A stretch of 64,000 nucleotides of DNA from an uncultured Spirochaetia bacterium (GCA_947040495.1 CAMRBQ010000007.1:4623-68622), one strand, 5' to 3'; shown: positions 49,576-60,141, numbered from the stretch's first letter. Program-made: numbers and translations. The notes: generated by a model not told the origin, from the sequence alone.

Positions 49576-49986
49576 TTGTCTACTTCAAAAGGTAAAAAAA
49601 CGATAAAAGAAAAAAAGGTAAAAAAGGATCGTAAAGTAGAAGCTTTTGGGCTTGTTCATATTAAAGCTACCTTTAATAATACTATAACAACGATTACAGA
49701 TAAAAATGGAAATACAATATCTTGGGCTAGTGGTGGTTTTGACGGAGAATTTAAGAGTTCTAGAAAGTCAACTCCATTTGCTGCGCAGGTCGCTACTGAA
49801 AAGGCTGCCAAGAAGGCGTATGCAATGGGAATGCGTGAGGTAGAAGTTTTGGTAAAAGGGCCTGGTATGGGTCGTGAAAGTGCAATAAGAGCAGTTGAAG
49901 GTGGTGGTCTTAAAGTTAGAATGGTAAAGGATGTTACTCCTATGCCACATAATGGTTGTAGACCTAAAAAAAGAAGAAGAGTTTAA
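49576..49986 (+). CDS. rpsK: 30S ribosomal protein S11
   Basis: [16 protein letters not shown]...[15 protein letters not shown] signature. TTG start after RBS aaggag. Confidence 0.97.
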   Translation: MSTSKGKKTIKEKKVKKDRKVEAFGLVHIKATFNNTITTITDKNGNTISWASGGFDGEFKSSRKSTPFAAQVATEKAAKKAYAMGMREVEVLVKGPGMGRESAIRAVEGGGLKVRMVKDVTPMPHNGCRPKKRRRV

Positions 49987-50022
49987 ATTTAAAAGTATAA
50001 TTATTTTAGAGGATTATTATCT

Positions 50023-50649
50023 ATGGCAAGATATAGAGATGCTGTTTGCAGGCTTTGTAGAAGAGAAAGAGTGAAACTTATGCTAAAAGGGGAGCGTTGT
50101 CTTACAGCTAAGTGTCCTATTATTAAAAAAAGGGATGTTCCTGGTCCTCAAAGTAGAAAGAGGAAGCAGTTAAGTGAACACGGAGTACAGCTGCGTGAAA
50201 AACAAAAAGTAAAAAGATTTTATGGAATATTAGAAAAACAATTTAGATTGTACTATCATGAGGCTACAAGATTAAAAGGTGTTGCAGGTGATAACCTCCT
50301 ACGTCTTCTTGAAATACGCCTTGATAATGTTGTTTATAGATTAGGCTTTGGAAAAAGTAGAGCTCAAGCTAGACAATTTGTCTCACATGGTCATATCGCT
50401 GTAAATGGAAGAAAATTGACTATACCATCTTATAAAGTTAAAGTTGGTGATGAAATAACATTGACAGAGCAAGGTAAAAATATTGGTAATGTTAAAGAAA
50501 TCGCAGAAGCACTTAAAAACGAATATATACCAGAGTGGTTAGACCTTGATGTTTCTAACAAGAAAGGTAAAGTAGTGTCATTACCTTTGAGAGAGCATGT
50601 TGAATACCCTATAAATGAGCAGCTAATCATTGAACATTATTCTAGATAA
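50023..50649 (+). CDS. rpsD: 30S ribosomal protein S4
   Basis: MARYRDAVCRLCRRE... plus an S4 RNA-binding domain (LDNVVYRLGF). Confidence 0.97.
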   Translation: MARYRDAVCRLCRRERVKLMLKGERCLTAKCPIIKKRDVPGPQSRKRKQLSEHGVQLREKQKVKRFYGILEKQFRLYYHEATRLKGVAGDNLLRLLEIRLDNVVYRLGFGKSRAQARQFVSHGHIAVNGRKLTIPSYKVKVGDEITLTEQGKNIGNVKEIAEALKNEYIPEWLDLDVSNKKGKVVSLPLREHVEYPINEQLIIEHYSR

Positions 50650-50679
50650 ATATATGATAGAAAAAAAGAGGAATAATTC

Positions 50680-51657
50680 ATGGCATTGAAAGATATATTA
50701 GAGTCTACAAAGAAACCCCATAATGTAACATTTGAGGCAAAAGATGTTACTAATAATTATGGTAAGTTTATTGCCCAACCATTTGAACGTGGTTATGCTA
50801 CAACAATAGGGAATGCACTTAGACGGGTACTTCTGTCTTCTATTCCTGGTTATGCTATTAGTGTTGTTAGGATAGAAGGTGTTACAAATGAATTTGAAAA
50901 TCTAGACGGAATGAAAGAAGATACAATTCTTATGCTAATGCATTTAAAAAGTATTGTAGTCTCTTTACCAGAAGAACTTGAAGTTAAAGAAATACATGTA
51001 AAAAAGACGGGACCATGTGTTATTACCGCAAAAGATATAGCAGATATTGATAGCGAAATAACTATTTATAATCCAGATCATTATATAGCTACTCTTTCAG
51101 AGGGCTGTATTTTGGAGATGGATATTCAAATTGATGCAGGATATGGTTATGTCCCATCAGAAATGAGTGCCGATTTAATACAAGATATAAATATAATTAG
51201 CCTTGATACGGTATATTCTCCTATAATTGGAGTGAAGTTTGATGTTGAAGATATCCGCATTGGACAGCGTATTGATTATGGAAAGCTTATATTTGAAATA
51301 GAGACGGACGGTTCTATTTCTCCTGAAAAATCTTTGTCATATGCTGCAAAAATATTAAGAGATAATTTATTTGCATTCCTGGCCCCAGAAGAGGCAGATA
51401 GTGCAAGTAATGTTGTAAAAGAAAGTAGTAAAGATAATGAATTAGACAAAATTAGAGATTTGCATGTAGAAGAAGTTGAATTTTCTGTTCGTACTGCAAA
51501 TTTTCTTACTAGTGTAGACTTAAAAACACTTGATAAAGTTGCTGTAAAGACAGAAACTGATTTACTTAGACTCCCTGGTGCCAATGAGATGATTGTTGGA
51601 GAAATTAAAAGTAAGTTAGAGCAGTATGGTGCTAAACTTGGTATGAAAAATAATTAA
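50680..51657 (+). CDS. rpoA: DNA-directed RNA polymerase alpha subunit
   Basis: GNALRRVLLSSIPG and the C-terminal-domain motif EFSVRTANFL. Confidence 0.97.
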   Translation: MALKDILESTKKPHNVTFEAKDVTNNYGKFIAQPFERGYATTIGNALRRVLLSSIPGYAISVVRIEGVTNEFENLDGMKEDTILMLMHLKSIVVSLPEELEVKEIHVKKTGPCVITAKDIADIDSEITIYNPDHYIATLSEGCILEMDIQIDAGYGYVPSEMSADLIQDINIISLDTVYSPIIGVKFDVEDIRIGQRIDYGKLIFEIETDGSISPEKSLSYAAKILRDNLFAFLAPEEADSASNVVKESSKDNELDKIRDLHVEEVEFSVRTANFLTSVDLKTLDKVAVKTETDLLRLPGANEMIVGEIKSKLEQYGAKLGMKNN

Positions 51658-51676
51658 TGTTTGAGGATGAGAAAAA

Positions 51677-52057
51677 ATGAGACATAGAGTTACAACTAAA
51701 AAATTAAATAGAACGAGTGCACATAGAAAAGCGATGATTAGTAATATGCTTGTTTCATTGGTTAAACATGAAAAAATTACAACTACAAAAGAGAAAGCTA
51801 AACTATTAAAACAATGTGCTGATAGCATGATACATAAAGCTAAAACTGACACTGTACATAGTAGACGTGTTGTAGCTAAATATTTGAAAGATCCCAAGGC
51901 TCTTTCAAAATTATTTAATGATATAGCACCACGCTATAAAGAAAGAAATGGTGGTTATGTAAGAAAACTTTTGTCATACAAAAGATATGGTGATAATGCT
52001 GATATGTGTGTAATTATGCTTTGTGTTGCTGATGTTACTTCTGACAAAAAAAATTAA
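51677..52057 (+). CDS. rplQ: 50S ribosomal protein L17
   Basis: MRHRVTTKKLNRTSAHRKAM signature. Confidence 0.97.
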   Translation: MRHRVTTKKLNRTSAHRKAMISNMLVSLVKHEKITTTKEKAKLLKQCADSMIHKAKTDTVHSRRVVAKYLKDPKALSKLFNDIAPRYKERNGGYVRKLLSYKRYGDNADMCVIMLCVADVTSDKKN

Positions 52058-52236
52058 ATAAGTGTATTTTGGACTACTTTTATAGTGTTTTATTTATATT
52101 AGTAATGCTATAAAATATAGATCGATGAATCTTTTAATTCATTTCCGTTTGATAGGTATAAAAAATTGTTCTTAAATAAAGTTTTTTTAATCTCTTGTCA
52201 GACTATAATTAATAATATATAAATTTCGAGGTCAAT

Positions 52237-53688
52237 ATGAAAGAAGACTCTCAATCTAGGGTTAAAGTGAGAAAAAGGGTATTGCATGTATCTAAAAAAT
52301 CTGTTAACTCAAAAACACCAATAAAGTCTAATAGAGAAGAAAAAGCTATTTTTAAAAATGAAAATAGTTTGGAAGAAAATACTTATAATGGAATAACAAC
52401 CACAGAGGCAATAGATAAAGATACTATTAATGATATACTTCATGTTAGCCAACTTAGTCAATTAACTTTGGATGGACTTATTTCTATTGGTGTTAAATAT
52501 GGTATTGCCTATGAAGGCAGCATCAAAAGACAAGACCTTATGCATGCTATTTTACGTAGCCAGATTTCAAATGGTGGTAAAATTATAGCTGATGGTACAT
52601 TAGAAATATTACCTGATGGATATGGATTTTTGCGTTCAAAGATGTCGAACTATCTACCTGGTTCAGATGATATATATATATCGCCATCACAGATAAGGCT
52701 TTTTGCTCTCAGAACAGGCGACCTTGTATCTGGTGAAGTACGCCCACCAAAAGATAATGAACGATTTTTTGCTCTACTTAGAATAGATACTGTAAATGAA
52801 GATACTGCTGATAATTCATTTAAACGACCGGTATTTGAAAGCCTCACACCAATATTTCCAAATGAAAGAATGGATTTAGAATTCTCTCCTTCAAAAATTG
52901 CAACACGTGTTATAAATCTTGTTTCACCTATTGGTAAAGGTCAGCGTGGTTTAATTGTTGCCCCGCCAAAAGCTGGAAAGACTATGATACTTCAAGAGAT
53001 AGCCAATGCTATAAGCTCAAACTATTCCGATGTGAAATTATTTATTTTACTTATAGATGAACGTCCTGAAGAAGTTACAGATATGGCTCGTCATGTTCGT
53101 GCTGAAGTTATTGGCAGTACATTCGATGAACCGCCTGAGAAGCATGTACAGGTGTCTGAGATGGTGCTTGAAAAGGCAAAACGACTTGTAGAAAAAGGCC
53201 ATGATGTTGTTATCATGCTCGATTCTATAACAAAACTCGCACGTGCTTATAACCTTGTTGTGCCTGCTAGTGGAAAAATATTGACAGGTGGTATCGATTC
53301 AAATGCACTTCATAAACCAAAGAGATTTTTTGGTGCTGCTCGAAATATTGAAGAGGGTGGCTCTCTAACTATTATTGCGACAGCCCTTGTCGATACAGGT
53401 AGTAGAATGGATGAGTATATATACGAGGAATTCAAGGGTACTGGTAATATGGAATTACACCTTGAAAGAAAACTTGCAAATAGAAGACTTTTCCCTGCTA
53501 TCAATATAAATAATTCTTCGACAAGAAAAGAAGAAATGTTGCTTACTGAAGAAGAAATGAATAAGATGTGGGCATTTAGAAAATTCATACAGAATCAAAT
53601 GGACGAAAGCGAAGTTATGGAACTTGTTATTGATAAAATGAATTCTACTAAAGATAATATGAGTTTCTTAAAGCTTATGAATGGCTAG
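52237..53688 (+). CDS. rho: Transcription termination factor Rho with ~65-aa N-terminal extension
   Basis: GFLRS..., Walker [18 protein letters not shown] and LARAYN blocks; 483 aa. Confidence 0.96.
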   Translation: MKEDSQSRVKVRKRVLHVSKKSVNSKTPIKSNREEKAIFKNENSLEENTYNGITTTEAIDKDTINDILHVSQLSQLTLDGLISIGVKYGIAYEGSIKRQDLMHAILRSQISNGGKIIADGTLEILPDGYGFLRSKMSNYLPGSDDIYISPSQIRLFALRTGDLVSGEVRPPKDNERFFALLRIDTVNEDTADNSFKRPVFESLTPIFPNERMDLEFSPSKIATRVINLVSPIGKGQRGLIVAPPKAGKTMILQEIANAISSNYSDVKLFILLIDERPEEVTDMARHVRAEVIGSTFDEPPEKHVQVSEMVLEKAKRLVEKGHDVVIMLDSITKLARAYNLVVPASGKILTGGIDSNALHKPKRFFGAARNIEEGGSLTIIATALVDTGSRMDEYIYEEFKGTGNMELHLERKLANRRLFPAININNSSTRKEEMLLTEEEMNKMWAFRKFIQNQMDESEVMELVIDKMNSTKDNMSFLKLMNG

Positions 53689-53749
53689 GTACGGCGTACG
53701 CTTAAGTAGCACATTATAATATTGGTATAACATACAAATATATTTGACT
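53689..53749 (+). repeat. Conserved non-coding flank (repeat core plus 21-nt block) downstream of RadC-like paralog 3, starting 1 nt after the rho stop
   Basis: gtacggcgtacgcttaagtagcacattataatatt... The first 27 nt resemble the cassette 1 repeat arms (21 of 27 vs the right arm, 19 of 27 vs the left). 53701-53749 parallels 31007-31055. Confidence 0.7.
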
Positions 53750-53780
53750 TCCTCTGTCTACTAAATTATAAAGATGTCTA

Positions 53781-54461
53781 TCATTTTAATTTGTTTATTT
53801 CTTTTTGACTTAGACCTGTATGTTTAGAAATTATATTAATATCAATGTTATCAGCTAACATACTTTTTACTATTTCAATATTTCTTTTTTTAATCATATC
53901 ATAAGCATAATCTTTTTTTTCTTCTTCCAACATCGGTTTTAATTCTTCATAAGGCGTATAAGAAATATCTTCATGTATACTTTTCATAACATGCATTTCT
54001 TTATAGCTATAATAAATTGCTGTTTCGCTTGTTAGGCTTTTTGTAGAAATAATAATATGGTCGAGCAATGTTAGCCCCACAATACTTGCCATATGATAAA
54101 CTTTATTTGTGAATAGAACATCTTCATCTGATGGAATAATCTCACTTACATCTGGATGATTATGAGCGAGTATAACCCTTTGGCAACTATGATTAATAGC
54201 AGTTTTAAATAAATCATGTGCTGTTAAATTTACAAAATTGCCACCACCCAAAGCGACTATATATGCACAAACTGTGTAGCCTTTATCATTCACACCGATA
54301 AGCCAAGCATGTTCTTTTTGCTCTAATTCTTTATCTTCACTTTTAAGTAGATTTACAAAGATACGATAATAGTTTTCTATCTTTTCTATTCTAACTCTTT
54401 CTTTTTTTATTTTTTTGATAGTATTAATTATCATCATATCTTCTACTTTTTTCTTTACCAT
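53781..54461 (-). CDS. RadC-like JAB/MPN-domain protein, paralog 3 (divergent)
   Basis: EHAW...AHNHPDVSEIIPSDED signature. The C-terminal tail IVKSMLADNIDINIISKHTGLSQKEINKLK resembles that of paralogs 1 and 2. Confidence 0.7.
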   Translation of the reverse strand: MVKKKVEDMMIINTIKKIKKERVRIEKIENYYRIFVNLLKSEDKELEQKEHAWLIGVNDKGYTVCAYIVALGGGNFVNLTAHDLFKTAINHSCQRVILAHNHPDVSEIIPSDEDVLFTNKVYHMASIVGLTLLDHIIISTKSLTSETAIYYSYKEMHVMKSIHEDISYTPYEELKPMLEEEKKDYAYDMIKKRNIEIVKSMLADNIDINIISKHTGLSQKEINKLK

Positions 54462-54645
54462 AATGTTACCTTTTATGTTAGTAATATTTTCTTGTTGTTA
54501 TAATTTTTATTATATATGATTTTTTATTCTTTTCTACTATTGTGGTGTTCTGTATAAAACGATATGTATATTTATACTAGTTTACATATTAGTTTATTTG
54601 TTTATAATACAGACGATAAATTAATATATGGTGTAATAAATACTT

Positions 54646-55860
54646 ATGGATAAAAAAATACCGTTTTCTCCTCCAGATATAAATGAAGATGATATACAAA
54701 GTGTAGTTGAAACATTGCGTAGTGGCTGGATAACAACAGGCAAAAAATGTAAAGAATTTGAAACTCTGCTTAGAGAATTTACAAATACAAAAAATTGTAG
54801 CCTAATGTCAAGTGCAACTGCTGCTATGGAACTTGCTTTGAGGCTATATGATATAGGTGCTGGTGACGAGGTAATAACGACACCTTATACATATGCAGCA
54901 ACGTCCAATGTGATACTACATACAGGGGCTAAGGCTGTATTCGTTGATACGATAAAAGATAGTTTTTCTATAGACCCAAATAAAATTGAAAATGCTATTA
55001 CAGAAAAAACGCGTGCCATTATACCTGTAGATTTTGGTGGCTACCCTGTCGACTATGATGATATAAAATATATAGCCAATAAAAAATCTAATATTTTTAA
55101 ACCAAATAGTGCCAGCAGTATTCAAAATAAATTAAACAGAGTGTTACTTATTCTTGATGCTGCTCATTCGTTGGGGGCAAAATATAATAATAATTTTATT
55201 GGTAGTGAACTCGATTTTTCAGCATTTTCATTTCACGCTGTCAAAAATCTGACAACGGCAGAGGGTGGTGCTTTAGTTTATAATGATATAGATTCTATAG
55301 ATAGTAATATTATATATAAAGAATTAGCAAAGTGGATGTTGCATGGCCAAGACAAGTCCGCATTTGAAAAGACTGTGGGTAGCTATAAATATTCTATAGA
55401 CCTTATAGGTTATAAATTTAATATGAGTGACATTCATGCTTCACTTGGGATAACGCAGCTACTTCGCTATGATAAAATGCTTGAAAAACGAAAGAGCATT
55501 TTTGATTTATATAATAGTATATTTTCACAATATGATGATTTTATAATCCCACCATTTAATGAGCATAGTAAAAAAAGCTCTTATCATCTATATCCTTTGC
55601 GTATTAAAAATTATGAAGAAAGTGATAGAGATTTGCTTATAGAAAAAATTGGAAAAAAGGGTGTATCACTGAATGTACATTTTATGCCTGTTCCTATGCA
55701 TAAGGCTTATAGAAATTTAGGCTATGATATAAAAGATTATCCAAATGCTTATAATATGTATAAAAATGAAGTGAGCCTGCCTCTCTATAGTACATTAGAT
55801 TTGGAAGATGCTTCGTATGTTGCAAAATCTATAGTTGACTATTGTCATAAAAATAAGTAG
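54646..55860 (+). CDS. DegT/DnrJ/EryC1/StrS-family PLP-dependent sugar aminotransferase
   Basis: SSATAAMELAL, DAAHSLGA and FSFHAVKNLTTAEGG (PLP lysine) motifs. Confidence 0.85.
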   Translation: MDKKIPFSPPDINEDDIQSVVETLRSGWITTGKKCKEFETLLREFTNTKNCSLMSSATAAMELALRLYDIGAGDEVITTPYTYAATSNVILHTGAKAVFVDTIKDSFSIDPNKIENAITEKTRAIIPVDFGGYPVDYDDIKYIANKKSNIFKPNSASSIQNKLNRVLLILDAAHSLGAKYNNNFIGSELDFSAFSFHAVKNLTTAEGGALVYNDIDSIDSNIIYKELAKWMLHGQDKSAFEKTVGSYKYSIDLIGYKFNMSDIHASLGITQLLRYDKMLEKRKSIFDLYNSIFSQYDDFIIPPFNEHSKKSSYHLYPLRIKNYEESDRDLLIEKIGKKGVSLNVHFMPVPMHKAYRNLGYDIKDYPNAYNMYKNEVSLPLYSTLDLEDASYVAKSIVDYCHKNK

Positions 55861-55870
55861 GCTATTATTG

Positions 55871-57199
55871 ATGGACTATAAAGATTGTATCGATTATGTC
55901 TATTCTTTTATAAATTATTATAGTAGTAATACAGAAGAATTAAAAGATAAGTATTGCCAAAATCTTGAGCGGATGAAAATAATTCTTGATAATCTAGGTT
56001 ATAAACAGACATTCAAAGTAGCTCATATTGCGGGTACAAAAGGCAAAGGCTCAACAACATTAGTATTATCAAAATTGCTCATCTCAAGTAATTACAATGT
56101 TGGCAGGATAGTATCCCCTCATCTAATTGATTTTAGAGAGCGTATTACAATAAATGATAAATGGATTGAAGAGAGTGATATTGTAGATATAGTTATAAAA
56201 ATAAAATCTATAATTGTTAAGCAAAACATAATACCAACAACATTTGAAATTATAACTTCTATTGCTTTATATTATTTTTATTTACAAAAAGTTGACTATG
56301 CCTGTATAGAAGTAGGGCTTGGTGGTCGGCTTGATAGCACAAATATTGTAGAGCCTAGCATCACAATTATTACTTCAATTTCATATGACCATATGGATAG
56401 ATTGGGCTATACATTAGAAAGTATTGCTCGTGAAAAATCTGGTATTATAAAAGATAATGTCCCATGTGTTTTGGCAAATCAGAATGAGGCAATTGTTAAT
56501 GTTATAAGTGAAGTTGCAAAAGGAAAAAGTTCAAAGCTATATTTTTATAAAAAAGATTTTGATGCCTCCATGATAGAAAATAAAATAGACAATATAATAT
56601 TTAACTATAGCGAAAAAAATAATTATAATATTGAAATACAAAGTGCTCTTGCTGGAAGTTACCAGGCAGAAAATATATCTATAGCATTTAAGGCATATCG
56701 TATACTGCTTGAAAATAAAATTAATATTCATATAGATAATATACTCAGAGAATTGAAGAATATAAAAATTAATGGCAGGCTTTCTGTACTGGCAAAAAAT
56801 CCAGATATAATAGTAGATGGTGCTCATAATGCTTATTCAATAAATTGCTTGCTTGAAAATATAACAAAGTGGTATACTAATATTGTTTTGCTTTTTGTGC
56901 CGCTTAAAGATAAAGATATAAATGGAATGGCTCTTTCTATAAAGCATTATGAAAATTATATAGATAAAATTATCATAGCAAATTCTATATTTGTACATGG
57001 ATTAAAAGAGACAGATGGTATGCTTTTGCATGAGCGAATGCTTTCATATGATATTAAAACAGAGTATTATAATGATTTTAAAACTGCTGCAAACTATGCT
57101 ATAGAATACTCTAGGCAAAATAATTATGCCTTACTTATTACAGGTTCTCTTTATACTGCGAGTAGTTTTTTTGATTTATATAGTCAAAAAATGCAATAA
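55871..57199 (+). CDS. folC: Folylpolyglutamate synthase / dihydrofolate synthase
   Basis: HIAGTKGKGST P-loop and Mur-ligase-like GLGGRLDSTN. I moved the start to the ATG at 55871, which avoids an overlap with the upstream gene. Confidence 0.85.
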   Translation: MDYKDCIDYVYSFINYYSSNTEELKDKYCQNLERMKIILDNLGYKQTFKVAHIAGTKGKGSTTLVLSKLLISSNYNVGRIVSPHLIDFRERITINDKWIEESDIVDIVIKIKSIIVKQNIIPTTFEIITSIALYYFYLQKVDYACIEVGLGGRLDSTNIVEPSITIITSISYDHMDRLGYTLESIAREKSGIIKDNVPCVLANQNEAIVNVISEVAKGKSSKLYFYKKDFDASMIENKIDNIIFNYSEKNNYNIEIQSALAGSYQAENISIAFKAYRILLENKINIHIDNILRELKNIKINGRLSVLAKNPDIIVDGAHNAYSINCLLENITKWYTNIVLLFVPLKDKDINGMALSIKHYENYIDKIIIANSIFVHGLKETDGMLLHERMLSYDIKTEYYNDFKTAANYAIEYSRQNNYALLITGSLYTASSFFDLYSQKMQ

Positions 57200-57322
57200 C
57201 TATATATATATTTAAATTGGTAGTAAAATAGTCTATTTTTTATTGTTTTTTTTTTCTTTTTGTTTTTGTTGTTGTTATTATTGTTGCGTTAGAAATTAAA
57301 AATATTACTTAGGAGAAAAACA

Positions 57323-57919
57323 ATGACTAAAAAAATCGTATCGTTAGCGATCTTTTTGATTGCTTCATTTCAAATTCAGGCTCAAGACCAAAAAATGAGT
57401 GAGTCTATTATGGATGCCATGCATCAACCTATGATGGAAGTTCCATTCCAAAAAACAGATAATCCTGATTTAGATTATTTGGTAAATATGGTTCCTCATC
57501 ATCAAGGTGCTATTGATTCTGCAGAACAAATTTTGAAGGTTAGTAAAAGTGCATCTGTAAAAAAACTTGCAAAGAATATTATCACTGCTCAAAAAAAAGA
57601 AATAGCAATGTTTAATAAAATCATAGCAAAATTACCAAAAACATCGGATTATGATAGTGCAAAAATAAAAACTTATATTTCTGATTCAGAAAAAGCAATG
57701 ATGATGATGATGAAAGCAATGATGGCTGTTAAATTAACAGGAAATAATGATAAAGACTTTCTAGAAGGGATGATTATTCACCATCAAGGGGCAGTTGATG
57801 CATCAAATATTTTGCTTAAAATTTGTACAAATGACCAAACAAAAAATATCGCAAACACTATAATTCGCGATCAAAAAAAAGAAATTAGTGAAATGCAAAA
57901 AATGCTGAAATCTTTATAA
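57323..57919 (+). CDS. Secreted DUF305-family protein with a Met-rich segment
   Basis: Signal peptide, two HHQGA(I/V)D motifs characteristic of DUF305, and a MMMMMKAMMAV stretch. Confidence 0.7.
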   Translation: MTKKIVSLAIFLIASFQIQAQDQKMSESIMDAMHQPMMEVPFQKTDNPDLDYLVNMVPHHQGAIDSAEQILKVSKSASVKKLAKNIITAQKKEIAMFNKIIAKLPKTSDYDSAKIKTYISDSEKAMMMMMKAMMAVKLTGNNDKDFLEGMIIHHQGAVDASNILLKICTNDQTKNIANTIIRDQKKEISEMQKMLKSL

Positions 57920-57938
57920 TTATAAAAAATTATTATTA

Positions 57939-57990
57939 AATACTGTAATTTAAAAGGCTTAATAAACTTTTTTTATTACAGTATTTTTTT
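57939..57990 (+). terminator. Rho-independent terminator
   Basis: Perfect 11-bp stem aatactgtaat / attacagtatt followed by T7. The loop is long. Confidence 0.55.
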
Positions 57991-58013
57991 ATAATTTATG
58001 AGTGGCATTCAAG

Positions 58014-58123
58014 CCCATGCACATATCTTCCCATTTCTATATTAAATATCAATCTAGCAGCAATAGAGTAACTCCAAATAGAAGACCTTCCACTACTTAT
58101 AAAAGGCAATGTAAGACCTGTTA
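58014..58123 (-). pseudogene. Displaced 3'-terminal fragment of a rodA-like gene (last ~36 codons)
   Basis: 110 nt aligned without gaps to 60191-60300 with 12 mismatches by hand. It would encode TGLTLPFISSGRSSIWSYSIAARLIFNIEMGRYVHGLECHS. Confidence 0.8.
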
Positions 58124-58191
58124 TAACAGTAACTTTTTTCCTTTTAAAGAAAATAATTGTTCTAAATAATTTCGAAATTTATACAGATTGA

Positions 58192-59236
58192 TTATATTTT
58201 TATAATAGACTTTACAATGTTTGATTTGTCTTTTAAGCTTTCATCCATAGCATTTTGGATATCATTAAAATCAAATATATTTGTTACAATACTTTTTATA
58301 TTTATTGAACCATGCTGAACAGCACTTATGCATAATGGATATATATGTCTATATCTAAAGACAGTTTTAAATGTTAGCTCTTTATTCAAAGCGATACTTA
58401 TATTTATATCAGCATTTCCACTTTCAGGATATCCAACGAACACGATAGTAGAACCCATTTTGGCAAAATTGATTGATTGGTTCATCGCTATTTGCATTCC
58501 CGATGTTTCTATTGTAAGGTCAGAGCCTTTTCCATCAGTTAATTCTAATGTTCTTTCTACGACATTTTCTTTGGATGCATCAATTACTCCAGTAGCACCA
58601 ATCTCTAATGCTTTATTAAGTCTGTTTTTTACGACATCTATGACATAAACTTTTGAGACACCACAAGATTTTAAAGATAGCATAGAACATAAACCTATAC
58701 ATCCTGCCCCTGTAATAAATGCTGTTTGTCCTATATGGGATCCCCTTGTCTAGCAGCATGCATTCCAACAGATAAAGGTTCAATTAAAGCACCTTCAAGT
58801 GTAGTTAGTTGTTCAGGAAGTTTGAAAGATAAATACTCAGGATGTGCCACATATTCTTGAAAGACACCATCAATAGGGGGGGGGCAAAAAATATTACATC
58901 TGGACATAAGTTATATTTACCATTTCTACAAAAATAGCAGTTCCCACAAGTTTTACCGGGTTCAAGTGCTATTTTGTCACCAACTTTTAAACTTTTGACA
59001 TCTTTACCAATTTCGACAACAATACCTGCTGCTTCATGACCTAAAACAAAAGGTGGTTTCACTATATAATCGCCTATAGCACCAGTTTTATAATAATGTA
59101 AATCTGAACCACATATACCAACATATTCAATTTTTACTAAGACTTCGTCATCACAAGGTTTTGGTATATCCTTTTCTATTATCTTCATTTGTTCAATATC
59201 TGTCATAACAGCAACTTTCATTTTAGAATTTTTCAT
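58192..59236 (-). pseudogene. Zinc-dependent sorbitol/L-iditol dehydrogenase-like gene, disrupted by at least two frameshifts
   Basis: The N-terminal ORF (58805..59236: GICGSDLHY, GHEAAG) and the C-terminal ORF (58192..58683) lie in different frames. A third frame in between reads PIDGVFQEYVAHPEYLSFKLPEQLTTLEGALIEPLSVGMHAARQG. Confidence 0.8.
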
Positions 59237-59430
59237 AAATACACCTTTTTAATAATATACTTTAACTTACACAAGCTACTTTAATAAAATATATGGCAAA
59301 AAAAAGCATAGTCAAGTTTTTTAGTATTTTTTAAATTGTACTTATAAATTTTTTAATATGTTTTAAGGCAGCTCCCAAATAAGTTGTTTTTAAATGGTAT
59401 TTACATACATTTAGGTATTGAGCATTTTTC

Positions 59431-60141
59431 TCAATTTGGAACTATTGTTATATGACAAAATTCACCACTACGTATATTGTCTCCTTCATATAGTTTTCTA
59501 TCAAATAGTATTGCACCGCCAATGCCATTACTCATAGAAAGATATATAGCGTTATTATTTAGTAAATTAAGTTTTGCAAATAGAGCAGCATTTACATCGT
59601 TTATAAAAATACATGGAAAGTTTATATATTTTCTAAAATCACCATATGGTACTTTTCCAAATCCCAAGACATGGGAAGAAGATATATATTTATTTGATTT
59701 ATCAATAATACCCAGTATAGAAATGCCAACTCCAAGTATTATATATCTATCTACCTTAGATGCATCTATAAAAGTTTCTATGCTAATCGTAATGTTTTTA
59801 AAATATGAATCTTTATATTCAAATTTTTTTCTATTTTAATATGCTCTTTAATTTTTCCAATTAAATTGACAAGGCTACGTTGATATTATTTTTGGTTATA
59901 TCTAATCTTAAAGCAAAGTGTGCATTTCTATTTACAGATAAAGATTGGGCTTTACATCCACCACTAGATTCTAATTCGCCAACTTTGTCTATGAGGTTTT
60001 ATTTTAAAAGCTCATTTGTATTTTGTAATACAGTTGGTATATTCATTTTTAAAGCGTCTGCTATATTTTGTTTGGATAATTTATCATTTTTTAGAATATA
60101 TATCAATATACTATTTTTATTTATTTTTTTATGTCTATGTT
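59431..60141 (-). pseudogene. ROK-family regulator/kinase gene remnant (in-frame stop, several frameshifts, no start)
   Basis: Own minus-strand translation: HKKINKNSILIYILKNDKLSKQNIADALKMNIPTVLQNTNELLK*NLIDKVGELESSGGCKAQSL. The distal part equals track ORF 59431..59667. Confidence 0.6.

Noticed and set aside
25734-54461. Autonomous IS element, prophage or integrative element explaining the RadC-like cassettes
   Set aside because: No transposase, integrase, recombinase or phage structural gene is detectable in any frame of the window. The cassettes can at most be non-autonomous.
54560-54590. Candidate right-hand repeat for cassette 3 (actagtttacatattag)
   Set aside because: It has only about 12 of 16 matches to the core and is in the wrong (direct) orientation. 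This is indistinguishable from chance in AT-rich DNA.
57240-57300. T-rich low-complexity tract (ttttttttttctttttgtttttgttgttgttattattgttg) upstream of the DUF305 gene
   Set aside because: It is a simple pyrimidine-rich spacer between folC and the next gene. It has no repeat unit, hairpin or ORF to support a feature call.
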